Shown one piece after another: positions 10,685 to 21,297 of a stretch of 64,000 nt of DNA (its first letter is position 1; the number at the start of each line of letters is the position of its first letter). A model generated the notes under the pieces. It did no database searches. It saw nothing but the letters and a program-made list of their open reading frames with translations, and was not told the origin of the DNA. The stretch comes from an uncultured bacterium (GTDB lineage: Bacteria > Bacillota_I > Bacilli_A > RFN20 > CAG-826): assembly GCA_949290395.1 (NCBI GenBank), contig CASERQ010000004.1:12457-76456 (forward strand), read 5' to 3'. The position numbers were made by a program, and so were the translations under genes.

Positions 10685-12221
10685 TGTAATTTATTATATT
10701 GCAATGGCATTATTCTTAATTGGTGCTATTGGTTATGGTGTCTTTTTATATCGCACTATAAAAGATAAATTAAGATTGACATTCGATGTCTTAATCAAGA
10801 AAAATACTTTAGTTTTAGGGGGTTTTTCATTAGGAATAGTACTTTCTTTAGTATTATTTACCGTTGCGTTTTATGTGGATCCAGTAACTTTAAGTTATGT
10901 AAGTAGTAAGGAAGGACTTGTAATTGATGCTGGTCATCAATTCTTATCTTATTTCTTTATTATACTTTTTGCTGTTTCTATGATGGCTTTTATCACGGCC
11001 TTTTTCTATTATTTCTTCTTTAATAATTTTGAAGATAAATTTAGAAAATGGTTCAAGATAATAATGTATTCATCAATCCCACTCATGTTTGTTTTCTTCA
11101 TATTAATGAGTGAAGGGAACGCACCTTATTTGACTTATCCATTATGTAATTCTTTATATATTGGAAAACATGGAATCAAATTTATTAATACTTATTCTCA
11201 TCCAGAACCATTTTTTATTTATGAATCTGGAAGTGGATATGTGCTTGATGGCGGAATTTCCATTGCATTCTATGCAGTCTTTATTTTAAGCGGAGCTTTA
11301 CTTGTATTTGCTTTATCAGATCATTTAACTTACAAATATTATGGAAAACATGGTCTCTTAACAACTTGCTTTTTAATTGCTTTCCCTATGGGACTTATTG
11401 GCGCAAGATTATGGTATGTTGTTTTAGATATTTCTAAACTTGGTGGATCATCTCACTTTGTAACTAACCCTATTTCCATCCTTTATTTTAATGAAGGTGG
11501 ACTTGGCATTATGGGAGGCGCAATACTTGGAATTATTTCAGGAGTTGGCGTCATGCTTTACTTTAAATACATTAAAAAGAATCCTGATTTTACAAAAATG
11601 AGTTATTTAAGACTTGCTGATTTTATTGTTCCAGCAATTCTTATTGCTCAAGCTATTGGTAGATTTGGTAACTTCTTTAATGCTGAAGTTCATGGAAATG
11701 AAATTCCATTTAGTTCGCTTTCTTGGTTACCAACATTCATGCAATATAACTATCAATTTAATTATGCAACGCAAATTAGTGATTTAACTCAGGCTTATTT
11801 ACCTCTTTCAATCATGGAAACAATTACTAATTTAACAGGATATTTTGTAATCTATTTTGGAATTGTTAAAGGTTTAGGTAAATATCATGCTCCAGGAAGT
11901 GGAGTTGGCTGGTATCTTGTTTGGTATGGAGCAACAAGAGCTTTTCTTGAACCATTAAGATATGGCGAGTTTGAATATCAAGCAAGTGTTGATACAGCTT
12001 ATATTATGATTGCTGGAGGCCTTGCAATTGTTGCTTTCTTTATCGTATTTAAGATTTTAAAAGATAAAAAACTTTGGATCTTTAAAAATTCAACATTTAA
12101 AGATGAAATTTTAGTTAATGAAGAATTAAGTAACAAAGAATTATTAAGAAACGTAATTATTCTTGGCTCTTTCTTACTTATCATGATTATTGTAATTACG
12201 GTTTTATTTAATATATGGTAA
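10677..12221 (+). CDS. lgt: Prolipoprotein diacylglyceryl transferase, long form with extra N-terminal membrane domain
   Basis: Lgt signature GRFGNFFNAEVHG and G-rich motif in the C-terminal half. 514 aa, polytopic. Overlaps the uvrA stop by 8 nt. Confidence 0.8.
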   Translation: MSDVIYYIAMALFLIGAIGYGVFLYRTIKDKLRLTFDVLIKKNTLVLGGFSLGIVLSLVLFTVAFYVDPVTLSYVSSKEGLVIDAGHQFLSYFFIILFAVSMMAFITAFFYYFFFNNFEDKFRKWFKIIMYSSIPLMFVFFILMSEGNAPYLTYPLCNSLYIGKHGIKFINTYSHPEPFFIYESGSGYVLDGGISIAFYAVFILSGALLVFALSDHLTYKYYGKHGLLTTCFLIAFPMGLIGARLWYVVLDISKLGGSSHFVTNPISILYFNEGGLGIMGGAILGIISGVGVMLYFKYIKKNPDFTKMSYLRLADFIVPAILIAQAIGRFGNFFNAEVHGNEIPFSSLSWLPTFMQYNYQFNYATQISDLTQAYLPLSIMETITNLTGYFVIYFGIVKGLGKYHAPGSGVGWYLVWYGATRAFLEPLRYGEFEYQASVDTAYIMIAGGLAIVAFFIVFKILKDKKLWIFKNSTFKDEILVNEELSNKELLRNVIILGSFLLIMIIVITVLFNIW

Positions 12222-12859
12222 AACTTTTAATCTTTGATATGGATGGCACTCTTGTTGATACAGATGAAGTGCTATATCAAACATGGAAAGAATTATTTAT
12301 TAGATACAAACCAAAAGATTATAAAATTGATCGAGAATTTATAAGAGGATTTTCTGGACCACCAATTGAAGAATCAATTCATAGAGCTTTTCCAGAATTT
12401 GATCCTAAATTTATTAAAGAAAAATATACTGAAGCAACAAGAAAATATTACACTGATGAATTTTTAAGAATATTTCCTTCTTCAAAAGAAGTATTAGCGA
12501 AGCTCAAAGAAGAAGGCTATGTCTTAACAATTGGAACATCAAAAAATCGTAAAATGACTGAATATTGTTTAAAAAAGTTTGGTTTTTATGATTATTTTGA
12601 TTCAATGATTACTTCAACTGACCCTTACGCTCATAAACCAGATCCTGCAATTATTAATGCGCTAATAGAACGTTATAAGGTTAGCGAAAGTGAAACGCTT
12701 ATGATTGGTGATACATCTTTTGATGCATTAGCCGCAAGGAATGCTCACGTTAAATCAGTTCTTGTTAGGCTCTGTCCAAGAATCTATGAAAAAGATAAAT
12801 TACCTGATTATTTTGTAGATTCTTATGAAGAACTTTATAAATTGATCAAAACTTTATAA
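12215..12859 (+). CDS. HAD-superfamily hydrolase (PpaX-like pyrophosphatase/phosphatase)
   Basis: Motif I LIFDMDGTLVDT, motif III K, motif IV GDTSFD. Position directly after lgt mirrors the Bacillus hprK-lgt-yvoD-ppaX neighbourhood. Confidence 0.7.
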   Translation: MVKLLIFDMDGTLVDTDEVLYQTWKELFIRYKPKDYKIDREFIRGFSGPPIEESIHRAFPEFDPKFIKEKYTEATRKYYTDEFLRIFPSSKEVLAKLKEEGYVLTIGTSKNRKMTEYCLKKFGFYDYFDSMITSTDPYAHKPDPAIINALIERYKVSESETLMIGDTSFDALAARNAHVKSVLVRLCPRIYEKDKLPDYFVDSYEELYKLIKTL

Positions 12860-12883
12860 AAAAATTTAAGAATTTTATGAATT

Positions 12884-12914
12884 ACCTCCTTTGTATTAGT
12901 AAAGGAGGTTTTTT
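12884..12914 (+). terminator. Terminator/attenuator hairpin whose 3' arm contains the SD of the next gene
   Basis: 9-bp stem acctccttt (12884-12892) / aaaggaggt (12901-12909), 8-nt loop, six Ts. ATG of the following ABC gene is at 12916. Confidence 0.6.
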
Positions 12915-12915
12915 A

Positions 12916-14943
12916 ATGTTAGAAGTTAAAGGCATTTCTAAGTCTTTTAAGATAGATAACGAAAGAGAAAATGTAGTTTTAAATAACATTAACTTTTCTT
13001 TACCTGACAAAGGATTTTATTTTGTTATTGGAAAAAGTGGCTCAGGAAAATCAACTTTATTAAATATTCTTATGGGACTTATGAAACCAGATGAAGGTGA
13101 AGTTTTATATAAAAATAAAGATATAACAAAATTAAATTTAGAAGAGTTAAGCAACTTTTTAAAAGACGATATTGGAATTATTTTTCAATCATATAATTTG
13201 TTTGAAGATTTAACAGTTAAAGAAAATCTAGCAATAACAAGATCAATAAAAGGTATAGAAGGTTTAGAAAAAGAATCAACTTTATTATATCGTTATGGAT
13301 TAAGTGATAAACTTGAACAAAAAGTTTCTCTTTTAAGTGGTGGCGAAAAGCAAAGACTTGCTCTTGTTAGAAGTTTGCTGTCTAGCCCAAAAATCTTATT
13401 TTGCGATGAACCAACTGGTGCTTTAGATTCTTATAACAGCACTCTTTTGATGGACGAACTTAGAATTTTAAGTAGGGAAATTTTAGTTGTTTGTGTAAGT
13501 CACAATTTAGAGTTATTTAAAGAATATAATGATGGTTACATTCTTTTAGAAGATGGAAATATTAAGGAAAAGTGTCTTGATAAAAAGGTAAGTTCAATAA
13601 AAAAAGAAAGTGAAGATTTAGAAAAAGAAGTAAAAGGAGATAAAAAATATACCAACATTATTTCAAGAAAAAACATAAAGAAAAATACTAAATTTAATGT
13701 AATTAATTTGATTTCTGCAGGGTTTTCGATATTAATCATGGTAATTTCACTATTCTTTAATAGCGGGATCAAAAATGCTAAAACTACTTTCTTAAATAGT
13801 TATGGAGACTTTAATGTCTTTAGAGTTTCTAAAGTTAAGGAAGAAGAAATTGAAGATTCATTAATTAACTTAGTTAAGTCTGAAAAGCCAACTTATAGTG
13901 AAGTTCAAACCTTAGTTTATGATATAAAAGATTGTTTAATTTTTGATGATTATTCTTACTTTTTTTCGGGAGAAAAGAAAATAAGAGTGGATGGAAAAAG
14001 TTATGAAAATTTTACTTTAAAACCCTATTTTATAAAAACTCATGAAGCAAAAGACATCATTGTAAATGAGAATTTTGCACTTAAATATAAAGAAGTTTTC
14101 AATAAAAAATTGAATGTCGGAGATGAGATTTCTTTAGAAATTAATCAGAAATATGTCTATTACAATTCGACAAAACAAGAAAATATTGATGAAAATTTTA
14201 ATGTTGAGCTTACTTTCAATGTTAAAGAAATTCGCAAGGAGTTTTCTTATTTAAATTCGGCGACTTTATATTATTCACCAATTTACATTGAAGCAATTTT
14301 AAATAGTGAAACAGCAAGAAAAACAACTGAAATTGAAAATAAAGAAGTGTCGTTTTTAGATCTTTTAAACAATGCTTCATCAAGCGATCAAATTACAAAT
14401 TATTCTTATGATGTTATATCTTTAAATGATGAATCTTATTTAAAAATTAACGAGCTCATTGATAAGGAAAATAGTGGAAATTTAGAGATAACTAACGACT
14501 CAAAAATCGTTGTAGATTCATTCATCACACTTAGCGATAGTGTTTTTCTAGGAGTTAATATTTTCATATTTATTGCAGTTATTACATCGCTCTTTGTTTC
14601 AGGATTTTTAAGTTATTCTTCAAGTTTGAGAAATAGGAAAGAAAGTGCGATTTTATCAATTTTGGGCGCAAAACCTAAAGATATTATAAAAATTTATATA
14701 AAAGAAGAGATGAGTTACACACTAATTGGACTAATATTAGGTGTGATTTTATCAATACTTTTATCATTGATTTTGAACCATTATCTTAGTTCGTTTTTCA
14801 TTACATCGACTTTAATTAATATCAACTATTTAACTTTAATGGTCATATTTATTTTGCTTCTTATTCTTAATTATTCGGTTGATTTTTTGACATTAAAATT
14901 TCAAAAAAGTAAAAAGGTTTATGAGGAGTTAAAAGAAGCGTGA
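12916..14943 (+). CDS. Fused ABC ATPase-FtsX permease (MacB-like)
   Basis: N-terminal ABC ATPase ([26 protein letters not shown]), then TM, large loop, FtsX-like C-terminus. Start at MLEVKG with aaaggagg SD (ORF track start 12877 lacks an SD). Confidence 0.8.
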   Translation: MLEVKGISKSFKIDNERENVVLNNINFSLPDKGFYFVIGKSGSGKSTLLNILMGLMKPDEGEVLYKNKDITKLNLEELSNFLKDDIGIIFQSYNLFEDLTVKENLAITRSIKGIEGLEKESTLLYRYGLSDKLEQKVSLLSGGEKQRLALVRSLLSSPKILFCDEPTGALDSYNSTLLMDELRILSREILVVCVSHNLELFKEYNDGYILLEDGNIKEKCLDKKVSSIKKESEDLEKEVKGDKKYTNIISRKNIKKNTKFNVINLISAGFSILIMVISLFFNSGIKNAKTTFLNSYGDFNVFRVSKVKEEEIEDSLINLVKSEKPTYSEVQTLVYDIKDCLIFDDYSYFFSGEKKIRVDGKSYENFTLKPYFIKTHEAKDIIVNENFALKYKEVFNKKLNVGDEISLEINQKYVYYNSTKQENIDENFNVELTFNVKEIRKEFSYLNSATLYYSPIYIEAILNSETARKTTEIENKEVSFLDLLNNASSSDQITNYSYDVISLNDESYLKINELIDKENSGNLEITNDSKIVVDSFITLSDSVFLGVNIFIFIAVITSLFVSGFLSYSSSLRNRKESAILSILGAKPKDIIKIYIKEEMSYTLIGLILGVILSILLSLILNHYLSSFFITSTLININYLTLMVIFILLLILNYSVDFLTLKFQKSKKVYEELKEA

Positions 14944-17705
14944 AGATAGTCGTTAAGAATCTTACTAAAAAGTTTAAAGATAGAGTTTTATATAAGAATT
15001 TTTCTTTTGAATTCAAAGAGAAAACTTTTTATTCAATTGTTGGCGAAAGTGGATGTGGGAAGTCAACATTTCTTAATCTTCTATCATTAAACGACCCTGA
15101 TTTTGAAGGCGAAATTAACTATGGAGAGTTTTCTTATTCAAAGTTAACTGATAGCGAAAAACGAGATTTAAAAATTAAAAACTTTGGCTTTGTTTTTCAA
15201 AACTTTAACCTTTTTGAAGAGGATACTGTTTATAACAATTTAAGAGTAGTTCTTGATTCTATTGTAGATGAGAAAGAAGAAGTAAAACTTCGTCGCGTTG
15301 AAGAAATTCTAAAGATTCTTGATATAGAAAAACTTAAAGACTCTTATGTTAGAAATTTAAGTGGCGGCGAAAAACAAAGAGTTGCAATTGGAAGAGCGCT
15401 CATTACATCTCCAGAATATATATTTTGCGATGAACCAACTGGAAGTTTAGATGAAGAAAATACTATTAGAGTTTTTGAATTATTAAAGGAAATAAGTAGT
15501 TATTCAACAATCATTCTTGTTACTCATGATAAGAAAAACGCTGAAAAATACTCTGATTATATTTTAGAAATTAAGGATGAAAAGATTAGTCCTAGTTTTC
15601 ATAGTGTAAATTCTAGAGAAAATAGTATTCAAATTATGAATCTTAAAAAGAAGAAAAAATATGCATCATTATCGTCGAAATTTATATTTGGCCATTTTAA
15701 AAATCTTTTTAAAATAAGAAAAATTAGAAACCTTATTAAAAGTACATTATTGTCCTTATCTTTTATATCTGCTGGACTAGCAATTACTCTAACTTCGTCT
15801 TTAAATAATGGAATAACTTCCTCGTTTAGTTCTTTACTCAGCGATAACCAGATAGTAATAAAAAAGAAAAATTCTTCAAATAAAGTTATTGATTATTATT
15901 CTTCAAATAATCAGACAATCCAAGGTTTGCTTGCTAGATATCCTGAAGATATTCGAAGATATGGTGTTAATTATTTAGTGGATTTTGAAAATTATTTCAT
16001 CGATGGAAACGATCTTTATTCAATTAACTCAAATAACAAACGAAAATTAACGGGTTTTACTGCCCGTCACTTTAATGAATTCATTTATTTTAACTTAGAA
16101 GATGAATTAGTTATTTACCCAGAAATAAAAGAAGAACTTAAAGAAGATGAAATCGTACTTTCCCTTTCTTTTGATCAAATGAAAGAGATGTGCCTAGAAT
16201 TACAAATTTTAAGAAACTTTGAAAGTTTAGGAAATTATTTAAAGACAAATGATTATTATGTTTCTTTAGAACTTGCAAATTATTCTTGGCAGTATACTGA
16301 CGAACAAGTTTTTAAAATAAAAGGCGTTGTGTTTGATAACAAGAACCGAATTTATCATACTAGTCCAATTTTTAATGAAACAGTTTTTGAGGAAAAGATG
16401 AGGTTCCCGACTTCAAATAAAATAGATAAAGTTGAAGATTACCCGCGGATGTTTAAGAAGGTATATTTTATTGAAACAAAGACATTTCAAAGCTCTTTAT
16501 TGAATAAACTTTTCTATGATGAAAGATATAAAAATTTTATTTTTGATATTGATTCAAGCGAATATTCTCCTCTTAATTATGACTCCAAAAGTTTAAATAA
16601 TAAGATATACGTTTATGATGCTTTTAAAGATGCGATTGATATAGAAATTATTGATAATTTAAAGGAAAATGGAATTCATTTTGATAACTATTTTTATTCA
16701 ACTCCAGCTGGATATTTTAATAATGGAATGAGCATTTTTACTGGATTTAATAATCCAACATTTTTCTCTTTAGAGGAAGAGAAATTAGATAATATAATTG
16801 ATGCATATTCTAGAGTAAAAGCAGAAGAAATTTATAATATTGAGGTACCAGAAAATGTAGTCGATGCTTTTGCTTTAAAACCCACATCTGATAACGTTAA
16901 GTTTAAGGTTATTGATGAACCATTAAATCTTAGAGAAATTATAATTAGTAAGGGTTTTGCGGAGATTTTAAGTAAAAACATTGAAAATAACGAAGATATT
17001 TATGTGACAATGTTAGTAGAAAGTACCTTAAATGATGGTATTTTAGATACCACTTTTAGGACAATCAAACTTAAGATAAGAGCGATTATCGAAGAAGATA
17101 AAAGTGTCTCAATTTATCAAAACAAAGATTACTCAATTTCTTTATTTCGCGATCTATTTAAAGTATCTTCTTTTAGGTTAATTCCTAATTCAATTATTTT
17201 AGAAATGAATGAAAAAATCGATGAAGAAAACCTTAAAAAATTAAACACTTTATATGATGAGTATGAATTTCAAAATCCATTACTTGAAATAGAAAAAAGT
17301 GTAAATGAATCAACAAGTTTTCTTCGTTACATTCTTTATGCTTTTGCTTTAATAAGCTTAATTAGTTCAATCATTTTAAGCTTCATAATCACTTACATTA
17401 ATGCTAACGAACAGAGAAACGAAATTCGTTTATTAAAAATATTAGGCTTTAAAGATAAAGAGATTCTAAAGATGTTTGTAGTGGACAATATTTTTAGCTC
17501 TTTCCTTAGTATTTTAGTATCGTTTGCAAGTTTGATTTTTATAAATTTTCTTGTTGGGAATGCATTAGGGAAAGCGATAGGACTAACTCGTATTAATTTA
17601 TTTAACGCGCTATCAATCTTTACAATTTTAGCTTTAGCAATTCTTATAGTTTTCTTTGCAAGTTTTGGAACTAGAAGCGTAATTAAAGAAGAAGCCTTAA
17701 ATTAA
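14940..17705 (+). CDS. Fused ABC ATPase-FtsX permease (MacB-like) with about 550-aa extracytoplasmic domain
   Basis: GTG start overlapping the previous TGA. GESGCGKST, LSGGEKQR, CDEPTGSLD, then TM, huge loop, C-terminal FtsX TM bundle. Confidence 0.75.
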   Translation: MKIVVKNLTKKFKDRVLYKNFSFEFKEKTFYSIVGESGCGKSTFLNLLSLNDPDFEGEINYGEFSYSKLTDSEKRDLKIKNFGFVFQNFNLFEEDTVYNNLRVVLDSIVDEKEEVKLRRVEEILKILDIEKLKDSYVRNLSGGEKQRVAIGRALITSPEYIFCDEPTGSLDEENTIRVFELLKEISSYSTIILVTHDKKNAEKYSDYILEIKDEKISPSFHSVNSRENSIQIMNLKKKKKYASLSSKFIFGHFKNLFKIRKIRNLIKSTLLSLSFISAGLAITLTSSLNNGITSSFSSLLSDNQIVIKKKNSSNKVIDYYSSNNQTIQGLLARYPEDIRRYGVNYLVDFENYFIDGNDLYSINSNNKRKLTGFTARHFNEFIYFNLEDELVIYPEIKEELKEDEIVLSLSFDQMKEMCLELQILRNFESLGNYLKTNDYYVSLELANYSWQYTDEQVFKIKGVVFDNKNRIYHTSPIFNETVFEEKMRFPTSNKIDKVEDYPRMFKKVYFIETKTFQSSLLNKLFYDERYKNFIFDIDSSEYSPLNYDSKSLNNKIYVYDAFKDAIDIEIIDNLKENGIHFDNYFYSTPAGYFNNGMSIFTGFNNPTFFSLEEEKLDNIIDAYSRVKAEEIYNIEVPENVVDAFALKPTSDNVKFKVIDEPLNLREIIISKGFAEILSKNIENNEDIYVTMLVESTLNDGILDTTFRTIKLKIRAIIEEDKSVSIYQNKDYSISLFRDLFKVSSFRLIPNSIILEMNEKIDEENLKKLNTLYDEYEFQNPLLEIEKSVNESTSFLRYILYAFALISLISSIILSFIITYINANEQRNEIRLLKILGFKDKEILKMFVVDNIFSSFLSILVSFASLIFINFLVGNALGKAIGLTRINLFNALSIFTILALAILIVFFASFGTRSVIKEEALN

Positions 17706-17782
17706 GCATTAAAAGTTATACTTTTAATGATTTTTGATAAAGATTGCTATATAATTACTTCGATTTAGGAGAAATTATATTT

Positions 17783-18886
17783 ATGGGTTTAAAAGCAGGT
17801 ATTGTTGGACTTCCAAATGTTGGTAAATCAACTTTGTTTAACGCAATCACAAATAGTAATGTGGAAGCAGCAAATTATCCATTTGCAACAATCAAACCAA
17901 ATGTTGGAACTGTTATTGTTCCGGATGAGAGAGTTGATAACTTAGTAAAGATTTTTAATCCAAAAAAGACTATTTATTCAACTTTTGAGTTTTGTGATAT
18001 TGCTGGTCTTGTAAAAGGGGCAAGTAAAGGCGAAGGATTAGGAAATCAATTTTTATCTCATATTAGAGAAACGGATGCAATTATTGAAGTTGTCCGTTGC
18101 TTTGATGATCCTGAAATTATCCACGTTGAAAACACAGTCGATCCAATTAGAGATATTGAAATTATTAATCTTGAACTCGTTATGGCTGATTTAGAAACTT
18201 GCCAAAATAGACTTTCAAAGATTGAAAATAAAGCTCGTATCTCTAAAGACAAAGAAGCTTTAATTGAAGTTAATCTTTTAAACAAAGCTAAAGAATGTTT
18301 ACAAAACGAAAAGGCATTAAGAAGTTTAGAATTCAGTGAAGAAGAACTTAAAATTGCTAAAAACTTTAATTTTTTAACTTTAAAACCAATTATTTATGTC
18401 GCTAATGTTGCAGATAGTGATTTAAGTAATCTAGATGCTTCAAAATACTATAAAGCAGTTGAGAAATATGCTAGCAAAGAAGGGTCACAAGTTATTGCAA
18501 TAAGCTGTGAAATCGAAGCAGAGCTTTCTAGATATTCAAAAGAAGAAAAAGAAGAATTCTTAAAAACACTTGGCGTTGAGATGAGTGGATTAGATAAACT
18601 TGCCCGTAGTGCTTATAAATTATTAAATCTTTCTACTTTCTTTACGGTAGGAGCTGATGAAGTTAGAGCGTGGACTTTTAAAAACGGAATGAGTGCTCCA
18701 GATTGCGCTGGAATTATTCACACTGATTTTAAAAAAGGTTTCATCAAAGCTGAAGTTTATACTTATGAAGACATCATGAAATATAAAAACGAAACAGCTT
18801 TAAAAGAAGCTGGAAAATTAAGAATCGAAGGTAAAGATTATATTGCTAAAGATGGAGATATCTTCTTCTTTAGATTCAATGTTTAA
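17783..18886 (+). CDS. ychF: Ribosome-binding ATPase YchF
   Basis: MGLKAGIVGLPNVGKSTLFNA, OBG-type G domain with TGS C-terminus. aggag SD 8 nt upstream of ATG 17783. Confidence 0.9.
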   Translation: MGLKAGIVGLPNVGKSTLFNAITNSNVEAANYPFATIKPNVGTVIVPDERVDNLVKIFNPKKTIYSTFEFCDIAGLVKGASKGEGLGNQFLSHIRETDAIIEVVRCFDDPEIIHVENTVDPIRDIEIINLELVMADLETCQNRLSKIENKARISKDKEALIEVNLLNKAKECLQNEKALRSLEFSEEELKIAKNFNFLTLKPIIYVANVADSDLSNLDASKYYKAVEKYASKEGSQVIAISCEIEAELSRYSKEEKEEFLKTLGVEMSGLDKLARSAYKLLNLSTFFTVGADEVRAWTFKNGMSAPDCAGIIHTDFKKGFIKAEVYTYEDIMKYKNETALKEAGKLRIEGKDYIAKDGDIFFFRFNV

Positions 18887-18888
18887 TT

Positions 18889-19368
18889 ATGAAGATTGGT
18901 TTTAGTAAAGACATTCATATTTTAAAAAAAGGAATTCCTTTAATTTTAGGTGGAGTTAATATTCCTAATGATTATGGACTTGAAAGTCATAGTGATGGAG
19001 ATTGCTTAACGCACGCTATTGTTGAAGCAATATTTGGTGCATTAAACGTAGGCGATTTAGGCAAACACTTTCCACCAAATGATAATAAATATAAAGGCGT
19101 TTCTTCATTAACTTTTTTAGATTATGCTAAAGATTTATTAGAAAAAGAAGGTTATAAAGTAGAAAACATTGATGCCTTTATTTCTTGCGAAAAACCTAAA
19201 TTAAAAGGGTTTTTGGATAAAATGGGGGAAAATATTTCTCTTCATTTAGGAGTAGATGTTAGACGAATTTCTTTAAAAGCAGGAACTAACGAAGGAGTTG
19301 GGCCTGTTGGAAGAGAGGAAGCCATTGAAGCCTATTGTGTAGTGTTAATTAATGAGGTAACAAGATGA
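18889..19368 (+). CDS. ispF: 2-C-methyl-D-erythritol 2,4-cyclodiphosphate synthase
   Basis: 159 aa. Motifs SHSDGDCLTHAIVEAIFGA and conserved GxxxxHSDxD typical of IspF. Confidence 0.85.
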   Translation: MKIGFSKDIHILKKGIPLILGGVNIPNDYGLESHSDGDCLTHAIVEAIFGALNVGDLGKHFPPNDNKYKGVSSLTFLDYAKDLLEKEGYKVENIDAFISCEKPKLKGFLDKMGENISLHLGVDVRRISLKAGTNEGVGPVGREEAIEAYCVVLINEVTR

Positions 19369-20801
19369 GTGAAAAAGTAAGAGTAAGATATGCACCTTCT
19401 CCAACCGGATATTTACATATTGGTGGAGCAAGAAGTGCTTTGTTTAACTATTTATATGCTAAAAAATATAACGGGGATTTTGTTTTTAGAATTGAAGACA
19501 CCGATATTGAAAGAAATATTCCAGGAGCTGAAGAAAGTCAACTTCATGATTTAATTTGGCTTGGAATCATTCCAGATGAATCTCCAGAAAAACCAAATCC
19601 AAAATATGCTCCATATCGTCAAATGGCGAAATTAGATATTTATAAAGCTTATGCTCAAAAACTTGTTGATATGGGTGTTGCTTATGAATGTTATTGCTCT
19701 GAAGATGAACTTGCTGAAATGAAAGAAGAGCAACTTTCTAATGGCGTTAAATCCTTTAAATACAATAGACATTGTCTCCATCTTAGCGAAGAAGAAAAAG
19801 AAAAATATAGAAAAGAAGGTAGAAAACCTACTATTAGATTAAAGATGAGCGAAAATCATGAATTTAAATTTCATGATCTTGTAAGAGGAGATGTTTCATT
19901 TAATAGTAACGATATTGGTGATTTCGTTATTATGAAATCAAATGGAATCCCTACTTATAACTTTGCTGTTGTAATTGACGATCATCTTATGGAGATAACT
20001 CATGTTTTAAGAGGTGAGGAACACCTTTCAAATACACCAAAACAGTTACAAATCTATGAGTATTTTGGATGGGAGCCTCCAAAGTTTGGTCATATGACAA
20101 TTATTGTTAATCCAAATGGCAAGAAACTTTCAAAAAGAGACCACAACATTTTACAGTTTATGTCTCAATATAAAGAATTAGGATATATTCCAGAAGCTAT
20201 ATTTAATTTCTTGTTTTTACTTGGTTGGACAAGTGAAGACAATAAAGAAATTTTTACAAAAGAAGAAGCAATCGAAGCTTTTGATCCTGCTAGACTTTCT
20301 TCTTCACCATCAATGTTTGATAATAAGAGACTACTTTGGACAAATAGTTACTATATTAAACATATGAATGATGAAGATTACTTCTCTTTCATTCTTCCAT
20401 TTATTAAAAAGATTGATTTCTTAAAAGCTAAGACAGATGAAGAACTTAAAAAGATTGCTTTAATCTTTAAACAAGAAATTCACACTGGAGCTGAAATTAT
20501 TGATCTATTAAATGAGATTGTTGTAAGAAAAGAAAAACTTAGCGAAGAAGAAGAGACAGTTTTAGCAAAAGAAACTTCTCCAAAAGTTATTGAAGTTTTT
20601 AAGAAAAAGCTACAAAACCTAATTGAAATTAATGAAACTAGCGTTAAGGCTTTATTTAAAGAAACTCAAACTGAAACTGGTATTAAAGGAAAAGATTTAT
20701 ATATGCCAATTAGAATTAAATTAACTGGTGAAATGCATGGCATTGAAATGTTTAATATCATTGATATTTTAGGAAAAGAAGAGACACTTTCTAGACTTTA
20801 A
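19365..20801 (+). CDS. gltX: Glutamate--tRNA ligase
   Basis: HIGH-class signature (PSPTGYLHIGGARSALFNY), KMSKS-like KLSKR, 478 aa. Confidence 0.92.
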   Translation: MSEKVRVRYAPSPTGYLHIGGARSALFNYLYAKKYNGDFVFRIEDTDIERNIPGAEESQLHDLIWLGIIPDESPEKPNPKYAPYRQMAKLDIYKAYAQKLVDMGVAYECYCSEDELAEMKEEQLSNGVKSFKYNRHCLHLSEEEKEKYRKEGRKPTIRLKMSENHEFKFHDLVRGDVSFNSNDIGDFVIMKSNGIPTYNFAVVIDDHLMEITHVLRGEEHLSNTPKQLQIYEYFGWEPPKFGHMTIIVNPNGKKLSKRDHNILQFMSQYKELGYIPEAIFNFLFLLGWTSEDNKEIFTKEEAIEAFDPARLSSSPSMFDNKRLLWTNSYYIKHMNDEDYFSFILPFIKKIDFLKAKTDEELKKIALIFKQEIHTGAEIIDLLNEIVVRKEKLSEEEETVLAKETSPKVIEVFKKKLQNLIEINETSVKALFKETQTETGIKGKDLYMPIRIKLTGEMHGIEMFNIIDILGKEETLSRL

Positions 20802-20854
20802 TATATAGCAATTTAGCACTTATTTATTTATAATTTATGCGCGAGGTAAATGAA

Positions 20855-21265
20855 ATGACTGAAAATTATAAGAATGAATCAATGGTAGATGTTGCATATT
20901 CCTACCTTAAAGAAATCAATAGAAGCGTCAAATTTAATGAATTATACGATGCAGTTAGTGAAAGAATTGGTTTCTCACAAGTAGAAAAAGAAGATAAAAT
21001 CTCTGTTTTTTATACAAACTTATCCCTTGATGGAAGATTTGTTACATTAGGTAACAATGAATGGGATTTAAGAAGTAACCAAACATACGACAAAGTTCAT
21101 ATCGATATGGCTGATATCTATACTGATATGGATGAAGAAACAAAAGCTAATACTGATTTTGAAGAATACAGTAAAGAAGAGATCGAAGCTGAAGGTATTG
21201 AAGATGAAAGCGATGAAGAAGCTGATGACACCCCAGATTACGATCATCCAGCAAAACTTGATTAA
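20855..21265 (+). CDS. rpoE: DNA-directed RNA polymerase delta subunit
   Basis: N-terminal HARE-HTH-like domain similar to B. subtilis RpoE (FYTNLSLDGRFVTLGNNEWDLRS vs [23 protein letters not shown]) and a D/E-rich acidic tail. Start at MTENYK with gaggt SD. Confidence 0.85.
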   Translation: MTENYKNESMVDVAYSYLKEINRSVKFNELYDAVSERIGFSQVEKEDKISVFYTNLSLDGRFVTLGNNEWDLRSNQTYDKVHIDMADIYTDMDEETKANTDFEEYSKEEIEAEGIEDESDEEADDTPDYDHPAKLD

Positions 21266-21297
21266 TTAAGGAAATAATTTTTAGGAGGAAATAAATT

